Assembly (NCBI GenBank): GCA_004561785.1
Contig: SFUB01000001.1
Span: 1 to 48,335 of the forward strand
From: a bacterium
Lineage (GTDB): Bacteria; Bacillota_I; Bacilli_A; RFN20; CAG-826
Direction of reading: 5' to 3'
DNA length: 48,335 nt
Every line of letters begins with the position of its first letter. The first letter of the stretch is position 1. Positions 1-8,895 of the stretch are shown here, one piece after another. The notes under the pieces are model-generated. The model was not told where the DNA came from. It worked only from the letters and a program-made list of their open reading frames with translations, and ran no database searches. A program made the translations under genes and the position numbers.

Positions 1-240
1 TTCATTTTCATAAGTCCTCCTAAACCGCTTCATTGCTATCCCGTTAACTATACAGGATATCCAAGGTTTTAAGAAATTTTGGTTCTCCAACATTTCCTGG
101 GGTCGGCCCCCCCATGCAAAAGGGGGCCGGGGCATGCCCAGACCCCAGATTTCCCCCAGGTTATAAAGGAGAATCGAAAAAACGCGATTTCCTCGCGTCT
201 TTCGAATGTATATCAGAACGATTTCGTTCCAGATGTCTGT

Positions 241-316
<76 letters not shown>

Positions 317-337
317 AATGCGCTGTTGCGCTTGAGT

Positions 338-366
338 ATTCTATTCCCGCATGAACAAGGGAGCAA
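338..366 (-). promoter_or_regulatory. Candidate sigma-70 promoter for tRNA-Lys
   Basis: Minus strand reads TTGCTC (366-361), 17 nt spacer, TAGAAT (343-338), about 22 nt upstream of the mature tRNA 5' end. Confidence 0.35.
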
Positions 367-416
367 GCCCCTATTTTGCGATTTTCGAAAAATCGCTCTC
401 CGCGGAGAGGAATCCT

Positions 417-1427
417 TCAATCCTCGTAGGTGGCTTTGAAATCGATGGGCTTCTTTTCCCCTTCGACCCCATCCAAGGAGATCTCCTCATAGCTCGAATA
501 GAGTTTATTTTGGCTGATGTCCACCTCATACAAACCCAAAAGATAATCGGGGAACCCTTGCTTATGCTTTGAGAAGGCCATCAAGGAAAAGGATACGATC
601 ACAGGGATCCCGAAGGTGAATAGAGAAAGGCAGAGTTCCCCGAAGAAGAAGATCGCCCAGCGGCCAAGGAAGCGAGGGAGAGAGCAGGACAAAAGCCTAT
701 TGTCGACCAGGCCGATCTGGTACATCGCCTTGCCTAAGGTTCTTCTTCCTTTTTTGAAGAAGAGAGGCGGAACCAAATAGACGAGGATCCCACCCATTAG
801 ATAGGCGATGGGGATCTCAACGAAAAGAAGCATGTTGGATTCGAAGCGGGTAAGTTCAAGATACCCCGGGACCATCGTGATCAGATAACCCTGGCAATGT
901 TCATCCAAAAACGGGGCGTAGGCGGAGGAGAAATAGGTTTGGTTGTCCGCTCCGCAGGCTTTGTTCCTTAAGATGGATCCGGAATCGTCTTGGATAAAGA
1001 AAGGCGTCCCTTCGTAGACGAGCCCCGGATCCAAACGGTAGGCATCATAGTCTTTTTGGACCGCTTCTTGGTCCTCTTGCCCCGAGACCTCGCCTACATA
1101 GACGATGAAATCGTCGATGGCTTGGCTAGACAGGCTCATTTTCGCATAGGACGTGTAGTTGTTCTCTTCCATGTCGAGGTAGGTCACGACGTCGATGGTT
1201 TTCCCGTCTTTAACCCGGTAAAGCCCGGAATCGAGTCGGATTGCCATCATGGTCTCGTCTTTTTCAACGTAGGCGGGAACATGGGTGACCGCGGCCCGGG
1301 TCGCTAAAAACAGCAAAAAGAAAGCGAATACGAAAAGGATGAAATCGAACAGGTTCGCAAGCACCCTCCGGTGGAACTTCGGATAGGAATAATGGATATT
1401 GTAATGGGGCTGGTAAGCCATCTTCAT
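417..1427 (-). CDS. RDD-family-like integral membrane protein with a large extracytoplasmic insert
   Basis: 336-aa ORF. N-terminal RRVLANLFDFILFVFAFFLLF TM segment, a ~170-aa soluble middle part, and C-terminal TMs with KKGRRTLGKAMYQIGLVD. The start overlaps the upstream stop (ATGA at 1424-1427). Confidence 0.7.
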   Translation of the reverse strand: MKMAYQPHYNIHYSYPKFHRRVLANLFDFILFVFAFFLLFLATRAAVTHVPAYVEKDETMMAIRLDSGLYRVKDGKTIDVVTYLDMEENNYTSYAKMSLSSQAIDDFIVYVGEVSGQEDQEAVQKDYDAYRLDPGLVYEGTPFFIQDDSGSILRNKACGADNQTYFSSAYAPFLDEHCQGYLITMVPGYLELTRFESNMLLFVEIPIAYLMGGILVYLVPPLFFKKGRRTLGKAMYQIGLVDNRLLSCSLPRFLGRWAIFFFGELCLSLFTFGIPVIVSFSLMAFSKHKQGFPDYLLGLYEVDISQNKLYSSYEEISLDGVEGEKKPIDFKATYED

Positions 1428-2527
1428 TCACCATACCCTTTCGCACGATACAAAGCATCCATCATCTCTTCTTCAAGCATGACGGTCCCGGTGAGTTTGT
1501 CCACCAGGGTGCGGTCCATTTTATCGAAGAGAAGGAAGAACAAAGAGACCAAATCGAACAGGAGGGAGAGCAAAGACAGCTGCCATAAGCTCGGGATCGC
1601 GAAAAGCTCATTGAAGGAGACGATCGGCCAAGGCAAGAGGAACAGCAATCCCGCGTTCGCGAAAAGGGCGTAGAGGAAATGCAAGGGCAAGGTTCTCTTT
1701 CGGACCAAAGTCAGTCCATCGACCCGAACCCGTTCCCTTCTTAGGAAGAGCATCCCCAAAGTCTTCCTCGTCTTGGAGAGAAGCGGAACGACCAAAAAGA
1801 CGATCGAGAGGGAAACCGTCTCGGCCAGCCCAGCGGACAGCAAGACGATTCCATTGCTTTTGGCGTTGAAGGAGGCGACTTCGTTTTGCTTTTCGACGTA
1901 AGAGATCCCTTCGTAAGTCAGATCTTCTTTGCCAATCTCTTGGATCATGGCCCCATAAGAAGGCAAGAAGAACTCCTTCTGGAACTTCTGATAATCCTCC
2001 TCGCCCTTTTTGCTGGGCGCGTTTCCCACCTCGTAGAAAGGGGCGAATTCCTCTGCGTACTGGGGTTTCAAGGCCAAAGGGGAATAATCGAAGAACTGAG
2101 TCGCCGTGTCTTTGGTTTTGATGAAATCGAGATAACGTCCCTCATCTTTTCTTAGGTCCACGAAATAGGTCCGGAGCACGTCCCCCTCCGAGGAAGATTT
2201 GCCAAGAAGAGAGGAGACGTAGACGGAGCAGGTATAGACGAGGTTCGCAGAATAAGAAGATGGCTCTCGGTCGCTTTTGCCCTCTTCGTAGAACAGGAGC
2301 TTGTTCCCGTATAAAACGAGGTCGCGTTCCTTCTGGGCTTTCAGGCATTGTTCTTGTTCCCCATAGAGATTGCTCGCATAGGAGCAAAGGGGGTAGAAGG
2401 CCAAATGGAACAAGGCGAAAGCAATCACGAAAACCAAAGCGAAATCCGCGGCGAAGGCCACGAATCTCTTTCCCTTTGATAAGGGGAAGATTTGAATTTC
2501 TTCTTGGATGTTCTCTTCCGTTCCCAT
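1424..2527 (-). CDS. RDD-family-like integral membrane protein, paralog of 417..1427
   Basis: Same architecture as its neighbour (KRFVAFAADFALVFVIAF N-terminal TM, soluble insert, C-terminal TMs with KTRKTLGMLFL). The track start at 2533 is TTG, and the first ATG is at 2527 (MGTEENIQ). The exact start is uncertain. Confidence 0.7.
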   Translation of the reverse strand: MGTEENIQEEIQIFPLSKGKRFVAFAADFALVFVIAFALFHLAFYPLCSYASNLYGEQEQCLKAQKERDLVLYGNKLLFYEEGKSDREPSSYSANLVYTCSVYVSSLLGKSSSEGDVLRTYFVDLRKDEGRYLDFIKTKDTATQFFDYSPLALKPQYAEEFAPFYEVGNAPSKKGEEDYQKFQKEFFLPSYGAMIQEIGKEDLTYEGISYVEKQNEVASFNAKSNGIVLLSAGLAETVSLSIVFLVVPLLSKTRKTLGMLFLRRERVRVDGLTLVRKRTLPLHFLYALFANAGLLFLLPWPIVSFNELFAIPSLWQLSLLSLLFDLVSLFFLLFDKMDRTLVDKLTGTVMLEEEMMDALYRAKGYGE

Positions 2528-2554
2528 GTTCAAAGAATCTTACCTTAACAAGCG

Positions 2555-2596
2555 AAGAATAAAAAGAAGGCCTTAGGGCAAGCCTAAAGCCTTCTT
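2555..2596 (-). terminator. Intrinsic terminator ending the nine-gene operon
   Basis: Minus strand has a 14-bp stem (one mismatch), AAGAAGGCTTTAGG-CTTGC-CCTAAGGCCTTCTT, followed by TTTTTATTCTT. It lies 16 nt after the stop at 2612. Confidence 0.78.
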
Positions 2597-2611
2597 TGAG
2601 GTTCGAAGCGT

Positions 2612-5194
2612 TTATTCCGCGAAGGTGAGGGTCAAACCCTTCACGTAGACGCGTTCACTTGAGCCGGTACCGGTCGTGGTGAGCTTGAAGAATTTGACGC
2701 CGGTGCCCTCGAATTTGAGGGTGACTTCATGGTTGCTCCAAGCCGGGGCCGTCACGGCCTCGCCCACGCTTTCGGCAGAAGCCCCATAGACGTAAGTGAA
2801 GGGGCCTTCGCCCTTGGAAGCGCCGTCGGAAACGATGGTAAGAGAGACCAAAGCCTTGGCCTCCGCGCCGCCTTCAATGGTGAAGGTTCCGCCCCCCTGA
2901 TAGACGCGGATCGCGCCGCTGTACACCCCAGGTGCGGTGCCAGCGTTGCCTTGCTCAGCTTTGTAGGTATAGCCGGTCTCGCCGAGAGTTCCATTCACGG
3001 CCGCGAAGGAAGTGACCATGAACTCATTGTTGCCGGCGACTGAGACTTCGATATAAGCCTTCCTACCGGTGGAGGAGGTGATGGTGATGCGGGCATCCCC
3101 ACCGGCGACGGCGGTCACGAGGCCGGTCTCGCTGACGGTCGCGACGGCATCGTCGGAGCTTGCGTAGGTGAAGGTGTCACCTTCCCCCGCGGAAGCGGTG
3201 ATCTGAGAGGTTTCTCCGATCTTCAGGGCGCTAGAAGCAATGGAGGCACTGACGGCGGTTCCAGAAGCGGCCTCGAGGAATTCGATTTTCGCGGCGCCTT
3301 TGTTGACGGTCTCAGGGGTGCCATTATAATTGGTCACTGCTCCAGTGACCTTGACTTTGGCCCCGGCGACGATCTTTTTGCTGACCTCTTCGGTGCAGCC
3401 GACTTGGAAGGCGATGAATTTAGCATCCGGATCGTCGATCTCATCCGAAAGGGTGACGCTCATATTCTCAAACTTGGCAGACCATTCATTGGTGACCTTT
3501 GCGACGTAGCCGGTGATGACGTAGGTGTCGGCGCTGACCGCTCCGCTGGCAAGTTTGTTGGCGGCTGCGATGGCCTCCGCGACGGTCGCATTGATGGTTG
3601 ACCCAACCGCTTCGGAGAGGAATTGGGTCGTTCCTTTCGTGGCCTGGAGGGAAACGGTCTTAACGCCATCATCCGCGGTCTTCACGTACTTGTTGAGATA
3701 AGCGGTGACCTTGACTTTGGCCCCGGCGACGATTTTGGAGGAATCGACGCCATCGGCGAGTTTAGTGCGGAAGACCTCGAGGACATCCTTCGCATCGGCG
3801 GAAGCGCCGATCTTATAGCTCATGTTCTTGTATTGGTCGCTCCAAGCGTTGGTGACCTCGGTCACGTAACCGGTGATGGCGTATTCCTTCTCGGTGGTCT
3901 TGCCTTCTTCCAAACCGTTCACGATCTCAAGGGCTTTCGCGACGTCGATCTCTTCCACGACAACGGGAGCATCGCCAGCTTCGAGGATCTCGACGGAGAT
4001 GACCTTGCCGGTCTCGACGGCGTATTTGCCTTCTTCGGAGGTGGAAACATAGTACTTGAGGGTGCACTTCACCTTGACCTTTGCATTGAGGGTGCATTGA
4101 TCCTTGTTATCCCCGGAATAGCCATAGACGAGGAAATCGTCCTTGGTCGGGGTGATCGCCCCCTTCGCATCGGCGATGTAGAAGCCCTCGGAGGAAGTGG
4201 CGACGATGTAGCCGGTGATGATGTAGTTGTCGACGGAGGTGGCATTTTTGTCGAGGGCCTTCGTGGCGGCGACGGCCTGGGCGACGGTCGCTTCGATGTC
4301 TTTGACGGTGATCTTCTCACCTTCGACCTTGGTGATTTCTCCGCCTTGTTCGGTTTCGGGGACGCTGTTGTTGTAATTGACAATCTTGACCTTCGCGGTC
4401 ACGGTCGCGCCGACCCAGATGTCTTCATCGGTGACTTTGGTGCTTCCGTCGGCTTTGAAGTCCTTGCTCAAGACCGCGCGGTAAACGAGGAACTTGGCGT
4501 CGTCTCCGGAGTTGGCTTTGAGATAATAGGAGACGTTGCCATAGCTAGAAGGAGCGTCGCGGAAGGAATCGACGACGCCTTTGACGTAGAAGTATTTCTC
4601 CGTCGCAGTCGTGCCGGTGGCTTTGGCGACTTTGAGGGCGTCGGCGTTGTCAAGAGGATCCGTGGCGGTGCCGGCGTGGACGGTGCCATAAAGATTGATG
4701 GCGTTTTGGGCAGGGGAGACGGTCAAATCGACGCTGTCGCTCTTATCGCCATAGGTAACGGTGATTTTGGCGGTGCCGGCGGAGATGGCGCTCAAGACGC
4801 GTCCGGTGACTCTGACGACCTCAGGGTTGGAGGAGACAATCGTGATCTTGCCCTGATTGATGAGAAGATTGATGTTCCCCGCCGGATCGACGGCGATACT
4901 CAGGGTGCGGTTGGCGCTCTCAACGGCCCAAGCGGCCTGCAACTCTTCTTTGTTGGTGATGCTGATGGAGTTGACGACGTCCTCAGAACTCTTAGATTCC
5001 GAAGACGAAGGCACGTCGACGGAGCTCGAAGGCACGTCGACGGAGCTCGAAGGCTTATCAACGGAACTCGAAGGCACATCGATGGAGCTCGCAGGCTCAT
5101 CGACGGAGCTTGAGGAGCTCTCGACGGGGTTCGGTCCGCAAGAGACCAAAGCGAACAAAGCCAAAGCGGTTAATGGGATAAACGATTTTTTCAT
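2612..5194 (-). CDS. Large surface lipoprotein: Ser-rich tether, Big_2 domain, four OB-like repeat modules, second Big_2 domain, C-terminal beta domain
   Basis: Signal peptide plus lipobox MKKSFIPLTALALFALVSC. AGGAGG lies 5 nt before the ATG at 5194, so the track start at 5212 is an upstream extension. Big_2-like segments are ITIVSSNPEVVRVTGRVLSAISAGTAKITVTY and FTYASSDDAVATVSETGLVTAVAGGDARITIT. The repeated motifs are YxITGYV...NMS...AGAKVKVT. Confidence 0.85.
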   Translation of the reverse strand: MKKSFIPLTALALFALVSCGPNPVESSSSSVDEPASSIDVPSSSVDKPSSSVDVPSSSVDVPSSSESKSSEDVVNSISITNKEELQAAWAVESANRTLSIAVDPAGNINLLINQGKITIVSSNPEVVRVTGRVLSAISAGTAKITVTYGDKSDSVDLTVSPAQNAINLYGTVHAGTATDPLDNADALKVAKATGTTATEKYFYVKGVVDSFRDAPSSYGNVSYYLKANSGDDAKFLVYRAVLSKDFKADGSTKVTDEDIWVGATVTAKVKIVNYNNSVPETEQGGEITKVEGEKITVKDIEATVAQAVAATKALDKNATSVDNYIITGYIVATSSEGFYIADAKGAITPTKDDFLVYGYSGDNKDQCTLNAKVKVKCTLKYYVSTSEEGKYAVETGKVISVEILEAGDAPVVVEEIDVAKALEIVNGLEEGKTTEKEYAITGYVTEVTNAWSDQYKNMSYKIGASADAKDVLEVFRTKLADGVDSSKIVAGAKVKVTAYLNKYVKTADDGVKTVSLQATKGTTQFLSEAVGSTINATVAEAIAAANKLASGAVSADTYVITGYVAKVTNEWSAKFENMSVTLSDEIDDPDAKFIAFQVGCTEEVSKKIVAGAKVKVTGAVTNYNGTPETVNKGAAKIEFLEAASGTAVSASIASSALKIGETSQITASAGEGDTFTYASSDDAVATVSETGLVTAVAGGDARITITSSTGRKAYIEVSVAGNNEFMVTSFAAVNGTLGETGYTYKAEQGNAGTAPGVYSGAIRVYQGGGTFTIEGGAEAKALVSLTIVSDGASKGEGPFTYVYGASAESVGEAVTAPAWSNHEVTLKFEGTGVKFFKLTTTGTGSSERVYVKGLTLTFAE
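5007..5111 (-). repeat. 21-bp tandem repeat x5 (plus a partial sixth) encoding the (P)SSSVD(V) tether
   Basis: Units lie at 5007-5027, 5028-5048 (identical), 5049-5069, 5070-5090 and 5091-5111. The consensus is GAAGGCACGTCGACGGAGCTC on the plus strand. Confidence 0.9.
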
Positions 5195-5238
5195 ATTTCC
5201 TCCTATTCCCAAATAACGAAAGCGACGATATCCCGGAC

Positions 5239-5712
5239 TTACTGGACGAAGGTCCGGTTGTTAATATCCTTCAGCAGGCGCGAGTTGGAACGTTTCTTGG
5301 CGATGCCAAGGCAAACGAACGTCGCTCCTGCGCAAAGGAGAATAACCGAGGCGACGAGGAGAACCACGAAGACATAGAACTCCGCGCATTCGACGACCAA
5401 CTGGTATTGGTTGGTCGGCTTCTTCGCGAGGAAGAAGAAGAGGATGGAGAGGATGAGCGCGATGCCTCCAATGGAGAGCATGCCCATCCCGCTGGCGAAG
5501 GAGTTGCGGGCCCTTTGGATCTGTGCGTGGGCGGCTTGCGAGAGGGACTTGACCTCCGCCTCGTCAAGACCGGCGTGGATCAGATGGCCGCAGCGGGGGC
5601 AAACGTAATTAAGCGTGGCGTCTTCTGCAATCTCCACGTCAGGAGAATAGGAAGAAGACTTCGCTTCGATCTTCGATTCATCGATCTTTTTGGCGCAATG
5701 GGGGCAATACAT
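5239..5712 (-). CDS. Zinc-ribbon membrane protein (N-terminal CxxC...CxxC, two C-terminal TM helices)
   Basis: 157 aa. MYCPHCAKK...VCPRCGHL form a 4-Cys ribbon, followed by the hydrophobic helices MLSIGGIALILSILFFFL and FYVFVVLLVASVILLCAGATFVCLGI. It starts 4 nt after the nuclease gene stop. Confidence 0.7.
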   Translation of the reverse strand: MYCPHCAKKIDESKIEAKSSSYSPDVEIAEDATLNYVCPRCGHLIHAGLDEAEVKSLSQAAHAQIQRARNSFASGMGMLSIGGIALILSILFFFLAKKPTNQYQLVVECAEFYVFVVLLVASVILLCAGATFVCLGIAKKRSNSRLLKDINNRTFVQ

Positions 5713-5716
5713 AAGT

Positions 5717-7294
5717 TCAGGCCTGTTCTTTCTTCACCCATTTCATGTCCGTGGACTTCCTGGGGTAGATGTTGAATTTGTCGTTGCCGGTCGAAGAGGA
5801 GTGGAGGCCGAGGACCCCTTGGAAGAGGAAGGTCTCGCCCACGAAGCGGTCATAGCTGCTCCACCTCAGGGCGGTGTCATTGGGGTCGGGCTGATAGTCG
5901 AAGGTGAAATAGACGCTCCAAGCCGTTTTGTCGGTGGCGGAGGTGTAGAGGACGTGGGCGGAATCGGAATCGTAGCCGCCGGTGACGGTCACTTCGTCGG
6001 TGATCTTGACGGAGCAATTCAAAGCGGAATAATCCTCGGCTTTGATCGCTGCGTTGAGCTCGGCGTTCGTGTATTCGAAGGTGTAGAGCTTATGCTCTTC
6101 GGGGACGTCTTTCGCGCGGTAGATGACTTGAGCATCCTTTTCATCAAAAGAAACGGTCGGGAAAGTGCCGTCGGTGAGCTGGAATCCGAAGTTGCTCTCC
6201 AACGCCAAAGCGGAAACTTGGATGTAGTTCCCGATGGTGGTGAACTTCGAGGGAATCGCGGACATGCCGACGAAGATGTTGATCCCGGCGTACTCGCCTA
6301 GGATTCCTTGTTTGATTTTGTCTTCATAGATGGAGTTGCCATAATCGTCGAAATAAAGAGGCTCGCCGGATTCGCTCACGTAGGAGCAGTAATCCTGGAT
6401 GTAGACGATGTGGTTCGAGAAGCCAGCGACGGCCCCCTGGACGGTGACCTTAGCGTTATCGTAGGCGTTCTTATGGGAGGGGTCTTTCAAGGAAGCGACG
6501 ACTTCGTTTTTGATGTCGAGCAAAGAGACGTTCTTATATCCGCCATAGTTGAAATAGGGGTCGGGCTCGGTTCCGAAAAGATGGAGCCCGGCGTTCTTGG
6601 CTTGGGTTTCCGCGGCGTAGAAGGTATCGACGTAATCGGGGATGTCCGCGACGTTTTTGACCCAAGAATAGCCGTTCTCGACGATCATGAGGTTCAGAAG
6701 CTTCAGCTGATCGAAGGGGGCGTTCTTGACGGATTCGTTGATCCAGACAAGGGAGACGTAGCGCGAGCCGGTGGAATCGGCGGAAGGGGCTTCATAGACG
6801 CTCGTGGGGGAGGAGACGACGATCGTTCCTTTCTTATTGGCCCTCTCAAGGATCTCCGAGGTGTATTTGGAGGCGGGTTTCCCCCAAGGTTGGACCTTGC
6901 CGGTGGATTCGGGGGTGTCGATCCCGTAGAAACGGGCCTTCAGAAGGGTCTCGCCCTTTTCGCTTTTTGTGGAGGTGGTGAAATGGGCGGTGTCCCCGTC
7001 GATCGTCGAATGGAGGGTGACTTGCTCAATGCCATCGGTCCAGAAAGAATGCCCGACGTAATCCAGATTGAGCTTCACCGATCCATCGGAAGCGTAATCG
7101 ATCCAACCCATGGAGGAAGATTCCGAGGATGGCTCCGAGGAAATGGAAGAAGAAGATTCCGATGGTTGTTCCGAAGAAATGGAAGAAGCGGGCTGCTCGT
7201 CTTCCGTGGAAGAGCTGGGGGTTGGCGCGTCATTGCAGGCGGCAAGCCCAAGGCAAAGCGCGGTAAGGACGAAGAGAAGGGAACGTTTTTTCAT
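5717..7294 (-). CDS. Membrane-anchored lipoprotein nuclease (staphylococcal nuclease/thermonuclease fold) with a C-terminal beta-rich extension
   Basis: Lipobox MKKRSLLFVLTALCLGLAAC, then a Ser-rich tether. The SNase core reads GETLLKARFYGIDTPESTGKVQPWGKPASKYTSEIL...VSLVWINE...LMIVENGYSWV. A GAGG SD precedes the ATG at 7294. An alternative ATG at 7309 overlaps the upstream stop. Confidence 0.85.
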   Translation of the reverse strand: MKKRSLLFVLTALCLGLAACNDAPTPSSSTEDEQPASSISSEQPSESSSSISSEPSSESSSMGWIDYASDGSVKLNLDYVGHSFWTDGIEQVTLHSTIDGDTAHFTTSTKSEKGETLLKARFYGIDTPESTGKVQPWGKPASKYTSEILERANKKGTIVVSSPTSVYEAPSADSTGSRYVSLVWINESVKNAPFDQLKLLNLMIVENGYSWVKNVADIPDYVDTFYAAETQAKNAGLHLFGTEPDPYFNYGGYKNVSLLDIKNEVVASLKDPSHKNAYDNAKVTVQGAVAGFSNHIVYIQDYCSYVSESGEPLYFDDYGNSIYEDKIKQGILGEYAGINIFVGMSAIPSKFTTIGNYIQVSALALESNFGFQLTDGTFPTVSFDEKDAQVIYRAKDVPEEHKLYTFEYTNAELNAAIKAEDYSALNCSVKITDEVTVTGGYDSDSAHVLYTSATDKTAWSVYFTFDYQPDPNDTALRWSSYDRFVGETFLFQGVLGLHSSSTGNDKFNIYPRKSTDMKWVKKEQA

Positions 7295-7305
7295 ATTCAG
7301 GAACC

Positions 7306-8865
7306 TCATTTGATGTAAGTCGCGGCCGTGGCGATGGCGTCGTCGAGGGCCGTGGTGACGGACTTGGAGCCGAGGAGAGCTTGGGTCAAGGCGCCGCCGA
7401 TTTGTTCGCGGAGCTGGGCCGATCCGACGAAGACGTCGGTGTTGAGGTAATGGCCGTCGATGTCGTTGATCAAGACCTTCGCCGATTCCGCGTAGGTCTC
7501 GCCTTCTTCCATGAAAGTGAGGAATTCGTTGGTCTCATAGGCGGAATAGCGGACGGGGAGATAGCCTTCCGATCCGTAGATGCAGAGATAGTCGTTGACG
7601 ACGGGGTTCGTGATGAATTTCGCGAATTGCCACGCGTAGCGCATCTTCTCATCGTTTTCCTCATCGCTGTTTCGGCTGGAGCGGAGGAAGGTCATAGTCG
7701 GGCCTTGGGTGACGTAGAGGGGGTTCGAATTGTTCGCGGGGACCCTCACGATGCCAACGTCGAAGGTCGCGCCGTCGGGGGAGTTATAGCCGGTGCCGCC
7801 GGAGGAACCGATCTCGAAGATGACCTGGCCTTTTTTGAAAGCGTCGGAGCCATAGGTCCCCTTCATGCCCTTGGTGGTCAATAAGCCGTCATCGACTTCT
7901 TTCTTGGTTTTGGTCATCCAAGCTTCGAGATCCTCGCGGGCTTTCCCATCCTTGAATTCGATCTTGCCGACGCCGTCGGATCCGATCGAGGCATAGGGGA
8001 TGTTCTCTTGGAACATCTTCGAGATGATGAAGTTCGCGTCGGAGTCGTACCAAACCGGAGAGGTCAAAGAGGAAAGGACCTTGTCTTTGTTGTCCAAGGC
8101 GACCTTGGCCAGATCCATCAGCTGATCCCAGCTCATGGAGGCCAAGAAGGCGTCCCTTTCGTCTTCGGAGACGATGTCAGGGCGATAGATGCGGAAGGCG
8201 TTGGCGACGGCCTGTTTGTTATAGAACATGACCTCGGAGGATTTCATCAAGGGCAGAGAATAGGTTCCCGGCTTGGAGTAGTGGGTGCCTTCATCGAGGA
8301 AGGCCTCCACGAAATCGGAGGCATCGTAGACCGAGGTCCCGACTTTGTCGCCGAGGTAATCCTGGGTCCCGAAGCCGATCTCGGGATCATTCATGTAGTC
8401 GTCGAGATTGTAGACGAGAGAGCCGCCCAAGACGTTCAGGTAATTGGCGACGTGGTCGGGGTAGGCAATCGCGATCGTCGGGGTGTTGCCGATGGAGAAG
8501 CCCTTGGTCACCTTGTCGAGCATATCACCATAGGCGCCTTGGTATTCGCAGTGGATGGTGACATCCACCCCCTGCTCCTTCTTGATGATTGCAGAAAACT
8601 CGTCGGCTTTCTTTTGAAGGGCCACGCCGTTGCTTTGGCCGAAGGTGGTCCAAAAGTCCAGCTCGACCTTCTTCATCTCGCCGCTATTTCCGTTTTGGGA
8701 AGAGGCTTGGGAAGATGCTTGGGAAGATGCTTGGGAAGAGGCTTCGGAAGAGGAAGGGACCTCTCCCGAGGCGGAAGAAGAAGGAGGCTCCTCCGTGGGG
8801 CCGCAGGCGCAGAGGGCCACGAGAGCCGGAGCGCATGCCAAGATAAGTTTTCCGTTGATTTTCAT
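7306..8865 (-). CDS. ABC transporter substrate-binding lipoprotein (family 1 SBP), copy 1
   Basis: Lipobox LVALCAC and a Ser/Gln tether (SSQA repeats). The SBP_bac_1-like body reads ELDFWTTFGQ...YSLPLMKSSEVMFYNKQ...GIVRVPA. AAGGAG SD present. Confidence 0.85.
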   Translation of the reverse strand: MKINGKLILACAPALVALCACGPTEEPPSSSASGEVPSSSEASSQASSQASSQASSQNGNSGEMKKVELDFWTTFGQSNGVALQKKADEFSAIIKKEQGVDVTIHCEYQGAYGDMLDKVTKGFSIGNTPTIAIAYPDHVANYLNVLGGSLVYNLDDYMNDPEIGFGTQDYLGDKVGTSVYDASDFVEAFLDEGTHYSKPGTYSLPLMKSSEVMFYNKQAVANAFRIYRPDIVSEDERDAFLASMSWDQLMDLAKVALDNKDKVLSSLTSPVWYDSDANFIISKMFQENIPYASIGSDGVGKIEFKDGKAREDLEAWMTKTKKEVDDGLLTTKGMKGTYGSDAFKKGQVIFEIGSSGGTGYNSPDGATFDVGIVRVPANNSNPLYVTQGPTMTFLRSSRNSDEENDEKMRYAWQFAKFITNPVVNDYLCIYGSEGYLPVRYSAYETNEFLTFMEEGETYAESAKVLINDIDGHYLNTDVFVGSAQLREQIGGALTQALLGSKSVTTALDDAIATAATYIK

Positions 8866-8895
8866 ATCGTTCTCCTTCTTCTCCGCTTGGGAGGA

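Noticed and set aside
1-20. Possible start of a further minus-strand gene leaving the window (AGGAGG at 20-15, ATG at 11-9).
   Set aside because: Only 11 nt of coding sequence lie inside the window, so no call is possible.
5007-5111. Tandem repeats considered as a CRISPR-like or minisatellite array.
   Set aside because: The units are contiguous with no spacers, in frame, and lie inside a lipoprotein gene where they encode a Ser-rich linker. This is not a CRISPR array.
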